The notes beneath the pieces were generated by a model. That model was given only the letters and a program-made list of their open reading frames with translations, searched no databases and had not been told where the DNA came from. The translations under genes were made by a program, and so were the position numbers. A stretch of 64,000 bases of DNA, taken from Octopus sinensis. Its lineage: Eukaryota. Of this stretch, positions 38,730-53,062 are shown piece after piece. Within the stretch, counting starts at the first letter, position 1, and each line of letters starts with the position of its first letter. The stretch is from assembly GCF_006345805.1 (NCBI RefSeq), contig NC_043005.1, forward strand, positions 55,738,001 through 55,802,000, read 5' to 3'.

Positions 38730-40025
38730 GATCAGGTTAATTGACAGCTAGATGAACCAAAAGCTCAGTGAAAGGACAGTTAAACTAACAAATGTCTAAA
38801 TGAACTAAGAATTAGTTGAGCAGACAGCTATGTGAAATAACTGCTATAGAAACTGGCTGCTTGGTAAACTAATGGGTAGATAAAACTGACAGCCGGAAAG
38901 TGATGCTTCAGTGTAATGACAGTTGGTTGAATTGACTGCTAGGTGAAACACTAGGTACATTGACAGCTAGGCAAAGTGCCACTTAGGTGATTTGAAAGTT
39001 AGCTAACTTGACAGCTAAGTAAAGTAATAACTGTGTGAACTAACAGCAGGCTGAAATATCAGATAAGTTTAGAGACAGCTATATGAACTATCAATTTGGG
39101 GGATAAAAGAACAATGTAAAATGACAGCTAGATAACGTGATGGATAGGCAGCCTGATTACTAGGTGGGCTAAGATTTAGGTGAAGTGGGAGCTGAATGAA
39201 TAGATAACTGACTGAAATGAACTAACTTTTAAGTAAATTAACAACTAGCTAGGTGAACTAACGGCTACGAAAATTATCAGGTGATTGTTGTTGCAGTTAA
39301 GGAAGTCTCAACTAAAGGAAGCAACATCGGGTGGAACCCACACATAAATGAACTCACAAATAGATAAACTAAGAACTGGATAAAGTGATAACAAGGTAAA
39401 CTAACAGCTGGATGGAGTAACAACTGGATGAAGTAACAACTGGGTAAACTGAAAGCATGATAAACTAATAGGTGGAGTGACAGACAAATTGTGCAGAGAG
39501 TTAGATGAACTGACAGCTAGGTGAAGTGGCTAATAGATGATCAGATAGTTGGTTGACTAACAGCCAAGTGAACTAACAACTAAGTCAACAAATAGTTGGG
39601 TGATGCAACAGCTAAGTGAACTGGTTTTTAACTGAACCTAAAGTAAAGTGGACGAGCAGCCGGGTGATATGACATCTGTGTAAATTGACAGCTAGATAAA
39701 CTAACAGCTGGGTGAAGTAACAACTAGGTAAAATGACAGCTGGGTGAAGTGACAGCTAGATGAACTTAGCATTGACTGGATTTTGACAACTAGATGATGT
39801 TACATTAAGGCGAACTAACAGCTAGGTGGGGAGACAAGTAAGTGGTTTCACAGACAAATGACTGCTATATGAACTAACAACCAGATGAACTGAGAGCTAG
39901 ATAGTTTAACAGTTCAGTGAACTGACAACAATAGGTATGCCGCTATTAAGGCAATGGCTAAATGATGTGACAGATAAGTGAACAACCTGATGAATTGACA
40001 GCTTAGTGAACTGACAGCAAAGCAA
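38730..40025. repeat. Degenerate 16-bp minisatellite, consensus about TGAACTGACAGCTAGG
   Basis: Exact 16-nt period at 39686-39765 (gacagctagataaact/aacagctgggtgaagt/aacaactaggtaaaat/gacagctgggtgaagt/gacagctagatgaact), decayed elsewhere. Confidence 0.8.
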
Positions 40026-40994
40026 ACTATATGGTTTGTAACACTCTTTTCACTTAATACAAAATCTACTACAGGAAGAGATTTCCTGACTTTAACAGAC
40101 AAGCACTTCTCTCTGACTATAGATATACTCTTTTTTTTTTACTTGTTTCAGTCATTTGACTGCGGCCATGCTGGAGCACCGCCTTTAAAGAAAACTTTTT
40201 AGAGAAAGCAATCTAAAATGAGCCATACTTGCACCTCAAATATGAAAAACATACACCAAAAAAAACCCAAAGCACATGTTGATGCAGGAAGCCTAATATA
40301 TACCCACTAAACAAATTCTGTGATGTGGAAGCAATAACTTTTGAGGTAGACACTATATCTATAACACATAATCTGAAAGAAATGCATAAGTGTTGCATAT
40401 GAATGAAAGATGGAAAATTTAAACAAAAATTTTACAATCATGCATCCTCATTCACATGATAAAACAAACATTAGTAAATAGACTGACTACACCTGACAAT
40501 CAAAAAGAATTCTTCAATCTATATTATTAAATGAAAAATCCTGAAATGAAAGTAAAATATGCAGGTTGTACATAGAAGAGAAGAAACAATCCTGAAAAGC
40601 TTTCACCAACGAGACTTTTATTTAAACAACAGATCAGAAGTGTTCTGGTAATTCAGGACATTGTATATTGCAGAGAATACAAAGGACAGAGATATCTGGT
40701 ACCCTGTCCTCCTCAGCAGAAGTGTTAATGCCATTCCCTCTGAGGAAGAGGATTGGCCAGTAAGATCCTTGTGCCGGTGTCACATTAAAAGCATTCAACA
40801 CACACTGTAAAATGGTTGGCATTAGAAATCAAATCTGATTGGAACCTGGTGCAGCTCACTTGCTTGCCATTCCTGATCAAACTGTCCAATCCATACCACC
40901 ATCAGAAATGGATGTTAAAAAATGATGGTGATGATATGTATGTATGTTTGTACATATGTATGTATGTATATATGTATGTATTTATGCATGTATA

Positions 40995-41028
<34 letters not shown>

Positions 41029-41269
41029 ATTTCATAACTAAATTTCTCACCAATATGAAGTGAATTGCACATATATGGAATTGGAAATTTTGATGTAAAA
41101 TTAATGGTGAGATGTTCGTTAGCACAGAGATATATGGATATCAGTTGAGGAATAAATACCTAATTCATTAATGCCTGTTTAAATAAACCGACCTACAAAT
41201 CGATAAAACGACAGCAAATGTTCAAAATAACGAGCTACACTCTAGGAAGACAGACAGACAGATAAACAC

Positions 41270-41740
41270 ACAAGCATGCATGCATACATACATACATACA
41301 TACATACATTCATACATACATTCATACATACATTCATACATACATTCATACATACATACATACATACATACATACATACATACACACATACATACATATA
41401 TGCACATATGTATACAGAAATACATAAAAATAGATCTATATTGATGTAAGTGGGTCTTGTTAAGCTTTCTATAAGAGTGTGTATGTGCGTGTATATGTAT
41501 ATGTATATATGTACATATATGTATGAATATATATAGATAGATAGCTATAGATATATATACATACATACAAATGTGTGTGTATGTATATATATATATAGAC
41601 ACACACACACATGCATACATATATATCCATATAAATATACATACATATACATATATATATACATATATACATACATACATACATATACATACATACATAC
41701 ATACATATACATACATACATAGATATATATATATATTATA

Positions 41741-41815
<75 letters not shown>

Positions 41816-41830
41816 ATATATATATACGTA
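41270..41830. repeat. Compound (CATA)n/(TA)n microsatellite
   Basis: Directly visible. Confidence 0.95.
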
Positions 41831-42564
41831 TATTATTTCCATTTCACTTCCCAGAGCTCTCAATTTCAATATTGTTATTATTGTTGTTGTTATCATTATT
41901 ATCATTTTTATTAGTAATTTTCATCACCAAAGCTTTGTGTGTGTGAATGTGTGGAGTAGATAGTAATAACATGCAAAAGAGGAGTATATATATATATATA
42001 ATTTTTACTTATTTAACTGGAAAGCTACATAACAGACACACATACACACACAAACACACATATATGCATGCATATAATCATACATACACACGTTTGTGTG
42101 TGTATATATATATATATATGTATGTGTATGTACATATATATACACACATACAGATTCATCTATTATATAAAATCTGTTCTGTCTGTCTGTGTGTGACTTC
42201 TAGGATATCGGGCATCCTCCATTTGATTGCGCTCAAATTTGATATGTAGATACCAACGGTATCAGGGCATGTATAAGTCTTGAAAAAATTACAAAAATTG
42301 ACCCAGGTGAAAATGCAATCGATAAAGCCATGGGAGCATGCATTTGTATGCACAAGTACATCAACTGTTGTGATCGATACTAAACGTACGCAAGAAAAAT
42401 GCACGTGCAGTTTGTATAAAAAAAGCTAGATGGCTTGTAATAATGCTACAAAATGGGACGGTTGGACAAGTTGTTTTGAGAAAATTTGCTTTAAATGTTT
42501 GACAACTCAGCATCGTCCATTGGATGGAGGGCATTTTGCTTGTATACATACATATATATATATA

Positions 42565-42860
42565 TACAGGGTGAGGACAGTATTTGCAGACGCATACACT
42601 TTTCATTATTATTTTATTTGACTAATTTTTATTGAACTTCTAGTTCAGAAAATATAATGACAGGCCCTATGTTTGCTAATGAATTGAAAAGGCTTGCTGT
42701 GATTGTGGCTTTGAAGGTTTAGCATAGTGATTTTAAAAATTTTTCGTATTCTGAAAATTGCAAGATCTTTTGCCCACAAGATTAGGCATAAGTTACAGAA
42801 AGATGGAAGCGTATTAACTGTATCAAATTCTCGAAACCAGAAAGGAGAAAGCTAATTCAA
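42565..42860 (+). mobile_element. Degraded Tc1/mariner-like 5' fragment
   Basis: TA|CAGGGTG start and ELKRLAVIVALK-like remnant. Confidence 0.4.
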
Positions 42861-42994
42861 AGACTACAGATCCAATCCATCACTGGAACTGCAAACATAT
42901 GTAACACTTTCCAGAAGTTTATCATTTAAATATATATGAGCATGTCTAGATGTGCAACTATATGCATGAGAATACATACATAAAACATACAAAT

Positions 42995-43086
<92 letters not shown>

Positions 43087-43704
43087 ACATACACACATAC
43101 ATACATACATACATACATACATACAAACAAACAAACAAAAATATCCTGTTGCTGATCTTGAAATTCCAATGAAGGAGACTTGGATCTAGGCTAGAAACCG
43201 GTTCTTTTTCTATTGGCAAGAAATCTTGAAATAAACTGAATAATGACATACATACATACATACTAATGTATGTACATGGCTTCAAGTAGATGTTTGCAAT
43301 CAATGGCAGCTACACCCTAATAAATTCCTTTGACTAGAGAGCTAAACCAGATGAGGGTAATCAACATGTGTGTCACTCTTGAAGAGTTAATGGCTTGCCT
43401 ACCTAAGTATGTGATGAATGAATACAGCTGTCTCTATGAAAGCAACTTTGATGATTCAATGGAGGGGAGAGCAGCTGAAGCAAAGTAATATAGACTGCAG
43501 AGATCAAGATGAGGCAAGCAAGACATCTTGGTTATGCACTGCATCTATCTCCACTCCCAATTGTCATGACATGTGCTTGCTACTGGATTGAAGATGGGTC
43601 ACAGATGAAAGAGCAAGGATGATGGCTTGCAATTGTTCTTCACTTTAACCCTTTGGCATTTAAACTGACCAAATATAGAGAATTATTCTACATGGTCTAT
43701 GTTC

Positions 43705-44120
43705 ATAATAGGTGCAGGTGTGGCTGTGTGGTAAGTAGCTTGCTTACCAACCACATGGTTCTGGGTTCAGTCCCACCGCATGGCACCTTGGGCAAGTGCC
43801 TTCTACTATAGCCTCAGGCCAACCAAAGCCTTGTGAGTGGATTTGGTAGACGGAAACTGAAAGAAGCCCGTCATATATATGTGTGTGTGTGTGTGCATGT
43901 ATGTTTGTGTGTCTGTATTTGCCCCCCCCCCCCCCAACATCACTTGACATCCAATGCTGGTGTGTTTACCTCCCAGTAACTTAGTGGTTCGGCAAAAAGA
44001 GACCGATAGAATAAGTACTAGGCTTACAAAGAATAAGTCCTGGGATTGATTTGCTCGACTAAAAGGTAGTGCTTCAACATGGCCACAGTCAAATGACTGA
44101 AACAAGTAAAAGAATAAAAG
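43705..44120 (+). mobile_element. SINE family A, full length
   Basis: Collinear with 1005-1407. Confidence 0.85.
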
Positions 44121-44507
44121 AAAATAATAATAATAATAATGATAATACAAAATGTGCTACGCTGTTGATGAGATGACGAAAGCTTGTCAGAAATGAAGGA
44201 CAGTGTGCCAAGTGGTGAAATGATGAAGACAATTAAACCTCAGTCCAGTTATCAATATCTGGGAATACTTGAAAGTTACAAGATAATGCATGATTAATTC
44301 AAAGCAATGTGAATATATAAGCATTACATTTGACAGAATAAACTGATTGCTAACGGGTTAATTAAAATCACTTTTGAAGTTATCAGTCACTCTTGAGGTC
44401 CTTGTCATTCTGGCAGACAAATGCACATGTATATATGTATATGATTCAATGTTGATTGAAAAGGATAAATGAATAAAAAAAAAAACATAAAATAGTATAC
44501 AACTTAC

Positions 44508-44802
44508 TGGGAAATTGGTCCTTATGTGCCTCCATATATTTCAAGACAAATAGATCTGCATTGATAATGATGAATCTGTGTTCAAAAAGGTCAATTTTTG
44601 CTCCAATATAGAAGTCGTGTATACCATAGTAGACGGGGTTTTCAGGGTCACTGTTAGGTTTGGGAACTTTCATTAAATTAAGGAACTTTCCAGTTACAAT
44701 GCCAGAATTTCTACAAGGTGGCTCATGAACCATAATCTTCTGGTCTGCTGGGTGATAAGTGATTATAAAGCGGCGACCTTTATTCTCATCCATGACACTA
44801 TC
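44508..44802 (-). CDS. EFHC1: EFHC1 exon, third DM10 domain
   Basis: DSVMDENKGRRFIITYHPADQKIMVHEPPCRNSGIVTGKFL...ENPVYYGIHDFYIGAKIDLFEHRFIIINADLFVLKYMEAHKDQFP. Acceptor ttaatcag|, donor A|GTAAGT. 295 nt, phase 0 to 1. Confidence 0.95.
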
Positions 44803-44857
44803 CTGATTAACAAAAGACAATAAATAAATAAATAAATGAATGAATAAATAAAATAAA

Positions 44858-45220
44858 TGTGTGGCTGTGTGGTATGAAACTTGCTTCTCAATCACATGGT
44901 TTCAGCCTCAGTCCCACTGCATACCACCTTGAGTAAGTGTCTTCTTCTATAGCCTCAGGCTGACCAAAGCCTTGTCAGTGGATTTGGTAAATGGAAACTG
45001 AAAGAAGCCTATCATATAAATATGTGTGTGTGTGTGTCTTTGTGTCTGTGTTTGTCCCCTCATCACTGCTTGACAACCAGTGTTGACGTGTTAACAGTTT
45101 GGCAAAAGAGTCCTATAGAATAAGTACTAGGCTTAAGCAATAAATCCTGGGGGGGGGGGTCAAGGCAGGGCTCCAGCATGGCTGCAATCAAATGACTGAA
45201 ACAAGTAAAAGAATTAAAGA
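44858..45220 (+). mobile_element. SINE family A, about 55 nt from the DM10-3 exon acceptor
   Basis: Collinear with 1005-1407. Confidence 0.85.
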
Positions 45221-46329
45221 ATAAGAATAATCCATTTTTTAAAATCTGTTTTTACTAAAATTTTTATTTTAGTAACTATTTATGGGAAATAAAATCCTGT
45301 CCTGCAAGCAGACTATTTGGTTGATTTTCTGAGTTAGAATCTGTTTACCTTATTCTCTTCACTGAGAATCTGACTGGGTTGATGGCTCCTGTTGGTCAAC
45401 CACATGTTACATGGTCACAGCAGGTGAGGAAGTATCTCACAGATATGGAGACTGACTGACACTCTGCTTGAGGAGTTTCAAATGGTAAATGCAGCAACAC
45501 ACTGCAACAACACATGCCCCACCCCACACACACACACACCAGGCCTGACCTGACCTTGTGAGCATTCCATTTGAAACTGATTCTATATTACAAAGCCCTT
45601 TATTACAAGGCCCCACTTTATGAGATCCTGAGTTTATGAGCTTTTACAAGTTTTATTTTCTGTTTACAAGTTTTCACTTTATGAGCATTCTCCAGGAATT
45701 AATGCACTCTTATACTGAGGCATTACTGAATTTCTCTTTAAATTTCAAACCTTTGATCTTTTTCCCAGGTGAGCAGCTTCTCATGAATTTATGTTTTTTT
45801 TTTTTTGATAAATTTCACTAAATTCAACCAAATCCATTTTTTTTTTTGTTTTTTTTTGTTTTTACAAAATTATTTGAGACGTGTAAACAGTAGAATGGTG
45901 TAAGAAATATTGTCATGAAAGCATCAAGCAAAACCTTAAGAAGTAACTGGTCAATAAAATTGTAATGCTCCTGATTGGTGATAGGTCTTTATGTTTCAAA
46001 GATACTATAGGTGCAGGAGTGGCTGTGTAGAAAGAAGTTTGCTTCCCAACTACATCAGGTGAGAGTAAAGCCCAACTACGATGATCTAGTGGGAGATCGG
46101 GGGTGGGGAAGACATGTCTGTACCAGCACACATGATGGAGTGTTATGAGGTGGGAGGCTGGAGGTTGGTGCATGCACACATGCAGTTCTCTGTTGGAAAC
46201 ATGATGGTACCATCTTGTTTTCTCATTGGTTCTCAGGGCTCTGGTATTGAAGCCATTGATCCTCTTTGCCAGGGTCTCTGAAAGAAATCACGTTTCTGCT
46301 CCATAAATGAGAATGGAAAGGACTGATGC

Positions 46330-46590
46330 ATTATAAATGTGGAGTAGATATCCTTCAGGTGGATTGGGTGAAGACAAAGCTAATGCTTGTTGGTGATGGC
46401 CCAGATCCTCCCCATCTCCATATTGGCCCCAACGTCATGAAGTTTGTCAGCTTCTTCAGCTATCTGGGTTCCAAAGTCACCAATGACAGAGACCTGACCC
46501 CGGAGATCAACAGCAGATGTGGTCTGGCCGCTAAGGTCATATACACCCTACAGAAACCCCTCTTGTCCCACTGTTTTATCTCCTGGAAGA
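46330..46590 (+). mobile_element. RTE LINE RT C-terminal fragment
   Basis: FSYLGSKVTNDRDLTPEINSRCGLAAKV. Confidence 0.65.
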
Positions 46591-46803
46591 TCCCTCTTTT
46601 TAGTCTGTTAAAATTAAGTTACATTTCTGCATGGTCTCTATTTACAGCAAAATCAGCTGCACCAGTTGTGAGTTCAACGTATTTGTCATGAAAATACATC
46701 ATTTAGCAATAATGGGATACAAATCTTCAATTGGTCAGGAGAAGAAAGAATCCTGTACTTTGCAACAACTACATAAAATGATAAAAAGCTAAGCTATACT
46801 TAC

Positions 46804-46938
46804 CATGATTGCTTCAAACCGCAAAGTCACCATATCATTTTTGCTCAAATACGAATTATCTGTTTGAGCGAATTGTGGGGGAACTGGAGTAGTTGTGTCT
46901 GTCACATCAACTCCTCTGGTTGGAGCAGTTACGTCTTC
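46804..46938 (-). CDS. EFHC1: EFHC1 exon leading into DM10-3 (EDVTAPTRG...SKNDMVTLRFEAIM)
   Basis: tcttacag| and ATG|GTAAGT, 45 codons, phase 0-0. C-terminal NDMVTLRFEAIM aligns with EFHC1 ND.KVLRY.A.(L/M) and joins in frame to the next exon. Confidence 0.88.
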
Positions 46939-47549
46939 CTGTAAGATTAAAATTCTCATTCAGTATAATGTTATGATTACATTCCTCATACATAGATAGA
47001 ATACTCCCCAAATGTTACTGTAATATAACCTTAATCCTCAAATGTTATTATATGATTCTATGTTAATTACATGGTTTACCAGTTTTTCTCGCATCGGTTT
47101 TAGCTCTTCAATCAGAAATTGGATGAGTTATCTAGAAGCTGTTTATTGTGTAAATGTGTTTGCATTTTTATTATGTTATTCATGACATATGTTTGTGTGT
47201 GCAGGTGTGTCCTGTATGTGTGTGTGTGTGTGTGTGTGTGTGCATGTGTGTGTGTATACATAGAGAGAGAGAGAGAGAAAAACAGACAGACAGATATATA
47301 GATGGATAGATAGGCAGGTAGATAGCTAGATAGATAGATAGATATAGATATATACACTCACATGTTTGTATATGTGTGTGTATGTGTTTGTATGTACATA
47401 TTTGTATATGTATATATATGTATATATATATATATATATATATACATACACACACACACAAACATACATACATGCATACATACATGCATGCATTCATATA
47501 TCGTCATCATCATATTTATCATTCGTGTTTCATGCTGGCAGGGGCTAGA

Positions 47550-47591
<42 letters not shown>

Positions 47592-49019
47592 GTGTGCATG
47601 TGTGTGTGTGTAAATACACCATGGTCAAAAGCCCACAGGCTGAAACCAGTAAAAGAGTTAAAAAAAGTGAAACAAAATAATAAATAATTAAACAAATAAC
47701 TTAATAAAATCTATTAACCAATTTAATGTGATATTTGTATTTGTTTGCCGATGGTACATTTGCATATTATTACATTAATGGCTTCTTTTGACACTGTACA
47801 AATGAGAAAATACAACATAGACTTTTTTGTGTTTTCTTTTTTTTTGTTACCTCCAAGAGAATTATCAGTATAACTAAAGGTAATTGGTTTCAATCAAGGT
47901 TGGGAGGTACATTAGAATTATAGCATTTTCTTTTGTGTGTGTGTGTGTGTGTGTGTGTGCTTGTGTTTGTGTATTGTTTTGGAGAACCCTTTCTCCATAA
48001 CACTCATTTCATTTTGCGACACTTATTCATTGAAGATAGTTTCTTTTTTAATTGTTTGATAATTCGTACCATAGACACAGAACCACACATTTTGGAGAAT
48101 GCAGGCAGTCAATTACACTAACTCCAATACTTGATCTGTACCTATTTAACACTTTTGTCACCATAATTATGTTGGATCACACCGTCTTTCTTTTACTTAA
48201 TTTTGAAAATAATAAAGAATTTACTGAAATAACTTTGTTGTGTCAGGGGAGAGTCATTTTCTTTTTGTGCCTTATAATTTAACACACCCACCAATAAAAT
48301 TTCCCCTTATTTCTTATTTTCATTTTCCTAAAATTTTCGTTGCATCCTGCAACCTTTAAAGAGAGGTTTGGAGACGCCACTATGAAAGGTTGCTAAATAA
48401 AGAGTCAAGACTATTGAAAATGTTGCAAAACGCCACAAACATTTTAGAAAAATAAAAATGAGAAATAAGTGGAAATTTTACCAGTGAGTGAGTTAAATTA
48501 TAAAGCACAAAAAGAAAATGACAGAATATGCTTCAACACACAAACTCATATAAAGAATCTTGCAAACTAAATCCAAAAACGAAATAAAATAACTTTGTTG
48601 TTATTAAATTGGTGTTTTGAATATAAATTAACAGGAAATTTTGATGGAAAGTTTTAATTTAGACTGCTTTAAAACAGGAACTTTGTTTCATAGAATCAAG
48701 AGTGATTTCAGCCAGGTAAGTTTCAAAAGGGTTAATCCTTTAGTATTGGAACTAGTCAAATCCAACCCAAATATTTTACTTGTTTTATGTTTAAACCAGC
48801 CAGAAGAGGCCTCTCTCACCTTCACTACAATGTCATTCACAAAATAAACAATCACAGCACTGAAATAGTGAAGCAATGAAATAATGTATGCAAAATTTAA
48901 AACAATGTGAATAAATAAACTTTACATCTGTTACATTGTATTGTCTGAATTCTAAAGTGTCAAAACATCATCAAGAGAATAAAGAATGAAGTCGACTCTA
49001 TATTATTATAAACAAGACC

Positions 49020-49810
49020 TGTAGATTTGTGCTGCCTCCAAGAAGTAAGGTGGAGAGGAGGTACTGCTAGGTTCCTCACAGGCAAAGAACACAGGTACAA
49101 GATTTTCTGAGCAGGGAACACTGACAGGGTTGTGGGCATGGGTATACTTCTTGTGGAGAAATGGGTTGATACGGTAATCGGGGTAGTCAGAGTATGTGAT
49201 AAAATACTTAGATTAGTGCTACATCATAGATTAGCAACCATTATCTCGGCCTATGCCCCTCAGCTGGGGCTACCTGATGGACAGAAAGGCCGATTTTATG
49301 ACACCCTCTAGCAGACTACCTCGTTGATGAATGACAGGGACTTTCTCTTTGTGGCTGTTGACTTCAATGGATATGTTGGACAACATACAGAGGGCTTCCA
49401 TGGCGTACATGGAGGCTATGGTTTTAGTTCTCACAATGAGGAGGGAATCAAGCTGCTGGAGTTCTGTGATGCAAATGATGCCTTGGTTTGTAATACTAAC
49501 TTCAGGAAACCTGCCAGTCACCTAGTTACCTACTGTTCTGGTAGACACACTAGCCAAATTGAGTATATCCTCACCAGAAAAAGGGAAAGATGGCTGCTTA
49601 CAAATGCCAAAACCTTCCCAGGCGAAGAATGTACCCCACACTCTCAGAGTGGTTGGCGTTAGGAAGGGCATCCAGCTGTAGAAACTCTGCCAGATCTGAT
49701 TGGAGCCTGGTGCAGCCATCTGGTTTGCCAGTCCTCAGTCAAATCATCCAACCCCTGCTAGCATGGAAAGCGGAAAATGATAATGATGATGATGATGATG
49801 ATGATGATGA
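49020..49810 (+). mobile_element. RTE-X AP-endonuclease fragment fused to an RTE-X 3' tail
   Basis: GILLVEKW...ISAYAPQ...DFNGYVG...GGYGF..NEEG..LLEFC...NTNFRK...SQIEYIL. Confidence 0.85.
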
Positions 49811-51374
49811 ATAACAATAATGTTTCAAATTTTGGAAAAAGGTCAGTAATTTTGAAGGAAGGGGTAAGTCAATTACATTGACTCCAGTACTGGATAGGTT
49901 CTTATTTTATCAACACCAGAGGGATGAAATACAAAACTGACCTCAGAGGAGAGTTTTAAAACAGAATGTGAAAAACAGGAAGGAATACTGCAAGGCATTT
50001 ATTTATTTTTTTTGTTGTTGTTGTTCTAATCATTTGGGCAATGGATAAGAGAACAACATGAAAACACACCATGAGCATCATAGAAAAAGAGACCAAAAAG
50101 GAAATATCAACCCTTTAACATTCAGATTACTCTGTCAAATGAAATTCTTATTTATCCACATTGTTTTGAATTTGTTATCTATTATCTTGTAGCTTTGAGA
50201 TGTCAATGAAGTGATTGTATAGTTTTAGAATAACATTGTAGGGTGAAAGTTAAAGCTAAGGTAGAGTTACCTTTCCAAGTCATACTGACTCATAAGGGCC
50301 AGTTTCATGGCATATATATGTTCCCCATCGAGATGGAATATCAGTCTGTTACTCACTTTTGCCAGCTGAGTGGACAGGAGCAATGTGAAATGAAATATTT
50401 TGCTCAAGAACATGACTCATCCAGTCCAGGAATTGAAACCACAATCATACAATTATGAGTCCACCACCCAAACCAGTAAGCCATGTGCCTCCACATGTTG
50501 TAGGTTTGATAGTTATGAGAGGCCAGAGCTGGCTAGCTGGTTTGAGCATAAAATGGGTAGAATATTTGTGCCAGTTATAGCCAGTTTAAATGCCAGAGGG
50601 TTAAAGAGGAAATACAAAAAGTAATAAGGCAGGATAGTAAATTTAAACAGCTCCATTATTTGACGGTAAAATTATTTTATTAACACTTGTAGGATGATAA
50701 ACTAAAGTGACCTTGGTGAAATGGCATGTCTCAGAATATCAAACTCAAAAACCAAACCATTTTTTCTTTCCATAAATATGAACATGATCTAGTGTTGATA
50801 ATCCTATAAATGTTTTATCACAATCTTCAGTCAAATAGCAGCAGCTTTCTGTCAAATGATAATTCTGAGTAAATTGAACATTCCTGATGTTTTAACCTCC
50901 TTTATTCTTCTATATTTGACACAGAGACATCATATCAAAGATCTCTAACAAACATGGAAAGCGTTTTAATAGTTATCAACTGAAATGTTGCTTGCCAAAT
51001 ATTTTATGACATCGTTGATAACAACTATGTTCAGTGCTTCATTTATATTCCATTTGCCGAATAATAACGACATATTTATGCCAAAATGAAATTATGTATG
51101 TTATAATGAAGATACTTGGTTATAACTTTGATATACCAAATGTAATAAGATTCTTAGAGGCAGTAAACTAAATCACAGAGATTAAGTAAAGAGCTATAAC
51201 TCCTGTTAGTCTTTAATAAGAACAAGACTGTCAAAATAGCAGTAAAGAAATACAGTTTCAGACAAAAGAAAGACAGCTTATGAATCCATATCTTTTATCT
51301 CTTTACTTGTTTCACTTATTGAACTGAGGCCATGATGGGTTTAGTCAAACAAATGAACCCCAGTATTTTTTTTT

Positions 51375-51600
51375 AACCCTTAAACATTCAGATTACTCTG
51401 TCAAATGTACAGCCTATTTATTCACATTGTTTTTAACTAATCGTATGTTATCTTGTAGCTTTGAGGTTTCAATGATGTCATTGTTTATTTTTAGACTGAC
51501 ATTGTAGGGTAGGAGCGAGAGGCCAGATCCGGCCAGTCTGAGCATAAAACAGGTAGAATATATGGGCTGTATATGACCAGTTTAAATGCTAAAAGTTAAG
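51375..51600. mobile_element. piggyBac-like MITE (TTAA|CCCTT...), with copies at about 30783-31000 and 50110-50605 (SINE-interrupted)
   Basis: Shared internal sequence and TAACCCTTTAGCAT...ATGCTAAAGGGTTA-type termini. Confidence 0.6.
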
Positions 51601-53014
51601 GGTCCTTAATTTGAAGGAGATTACCCTTGCATTCTGAATGTATATTTGTCTGGTTGGGGAACAAACGCAAATGCTCACACTCACAAACATATGTGGTGGG
51701 TGGGGATTCCTCATAGTTTTCATCAATCAATACTATACCAGAAGATGCTTGCCCAATGTGTCACATGGTGAGACTGAACTCAAAAACCCATGGTAGCAAA
51801 GCAAGCTTCTTAACCACACAGCCATGCCTGCACCTTTGCTTTCTAATTAAAACTTTAGAACACAAGTTGATAGATTCAATGGAAACTTCACAGTCTGAAC
51901 ATTAAAATCATCTCATCCTCATGTAAATTTCATATTTCTTACTGAATAATTTTTGATTTAATACACTTCATTCATTATTACTTTGCTTTCCAAGCACCCA
52001 ATTCCTTTGTGTCTGCTTTTGTTGGCACCAATCAGAAGTTACTATGTTCAAAGTATAAATGTAAATGAAAGAGAATTTTATGAATTTTATTTTGATAAAA
52101 CACATCATTACAAAACTGGTAATATTCTATTGTGTATTATACACACAGAATAGAAATACTACTACTGCTGCTGCTGCTAGTACCACCACTACAACTACTA
52201 CTACTACTACTACTACTACTTCATTGTTATTGCTGTCATAGCCACTGCTACTGCCATCATCATCAGCATCATTTTCATCACTATCACTACCACCATTACC
52301 ACCATCACCAACAACAACAACAGCCACACTACCATCACCACCGTCACCACTTCTACAATTTTTTTATGCTCGCGTACACTTGATGCAACCTAATCAACAC
52401 AGCAGACTTCCAATGGTTGCATTCCTTCATCATCACCTCATCACCTTCGTAGGTTTAGCTTCCTGAGGTAGTATGTCCTCTGTATTCAGGGCCCATGTCT
52501 CACTACCACATCGTAGTATTGCTGTTCATACACATGCATCAGACGTTCTATTTTTCACTCTGAGAGAGAGAGAGAGAGGGAGGGTTTTTGTTATTACCCA
52601 CAGAGGTAATAGGTTAATAAACTTTCTCCGTCTTGTTCTTATTCAAGTCATCATCATCATCATCATCATCGTTTAACATCCGCTTTCCATGCTAGCATGG
52701 GTTGGACAATTTGACTGAGGACTGGCAAACCAGATGGCTGCACCAGGCTCCAATCTTGATGAGGCAGAGTTTCTACAGCTGGATGCCCTTCCTAACGCCA
52801 ACCACTCTGAGAGTGTAGTGAGTGCTTTTACATGCCACCGGCATGAGGGCCAGTCAGGCAGAACTGGCAACAGCCATGCTCAAATGGTGGTTTTTTACAT
52901 GCCACCTGCACAAGAGCCAATCCAGCAGCACTGGCAATGACCTCCCTCGAATGTTTTTTTCACATGCCACAGGCACAAGTGCCAGTAAGGCGACGCTGTG
53001 AATATATATATATA

Positions 53015-53062
<48 letters not shown>

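Noticed and set aside
38730-40025. CRISPR-like repeat-spacer array
   Set aside because: Units are contiguous and degenerate with no unique spacers, and the context is eukaryotic.
41222-41905. 227-aa ORF and the many other YI/CV/HT/LS-rich ORFs in the track
   Set aside because: These are translations of (TA)n, (CA)n, (CATA)n and (GATA)n microsatellites.
47622-47690. Minus-strand 20-nt exon candidate ending CCATG|GTGTAT
   Set aside because: The acceptor is a SINE tail remnant and the segment is not frame-preserving.
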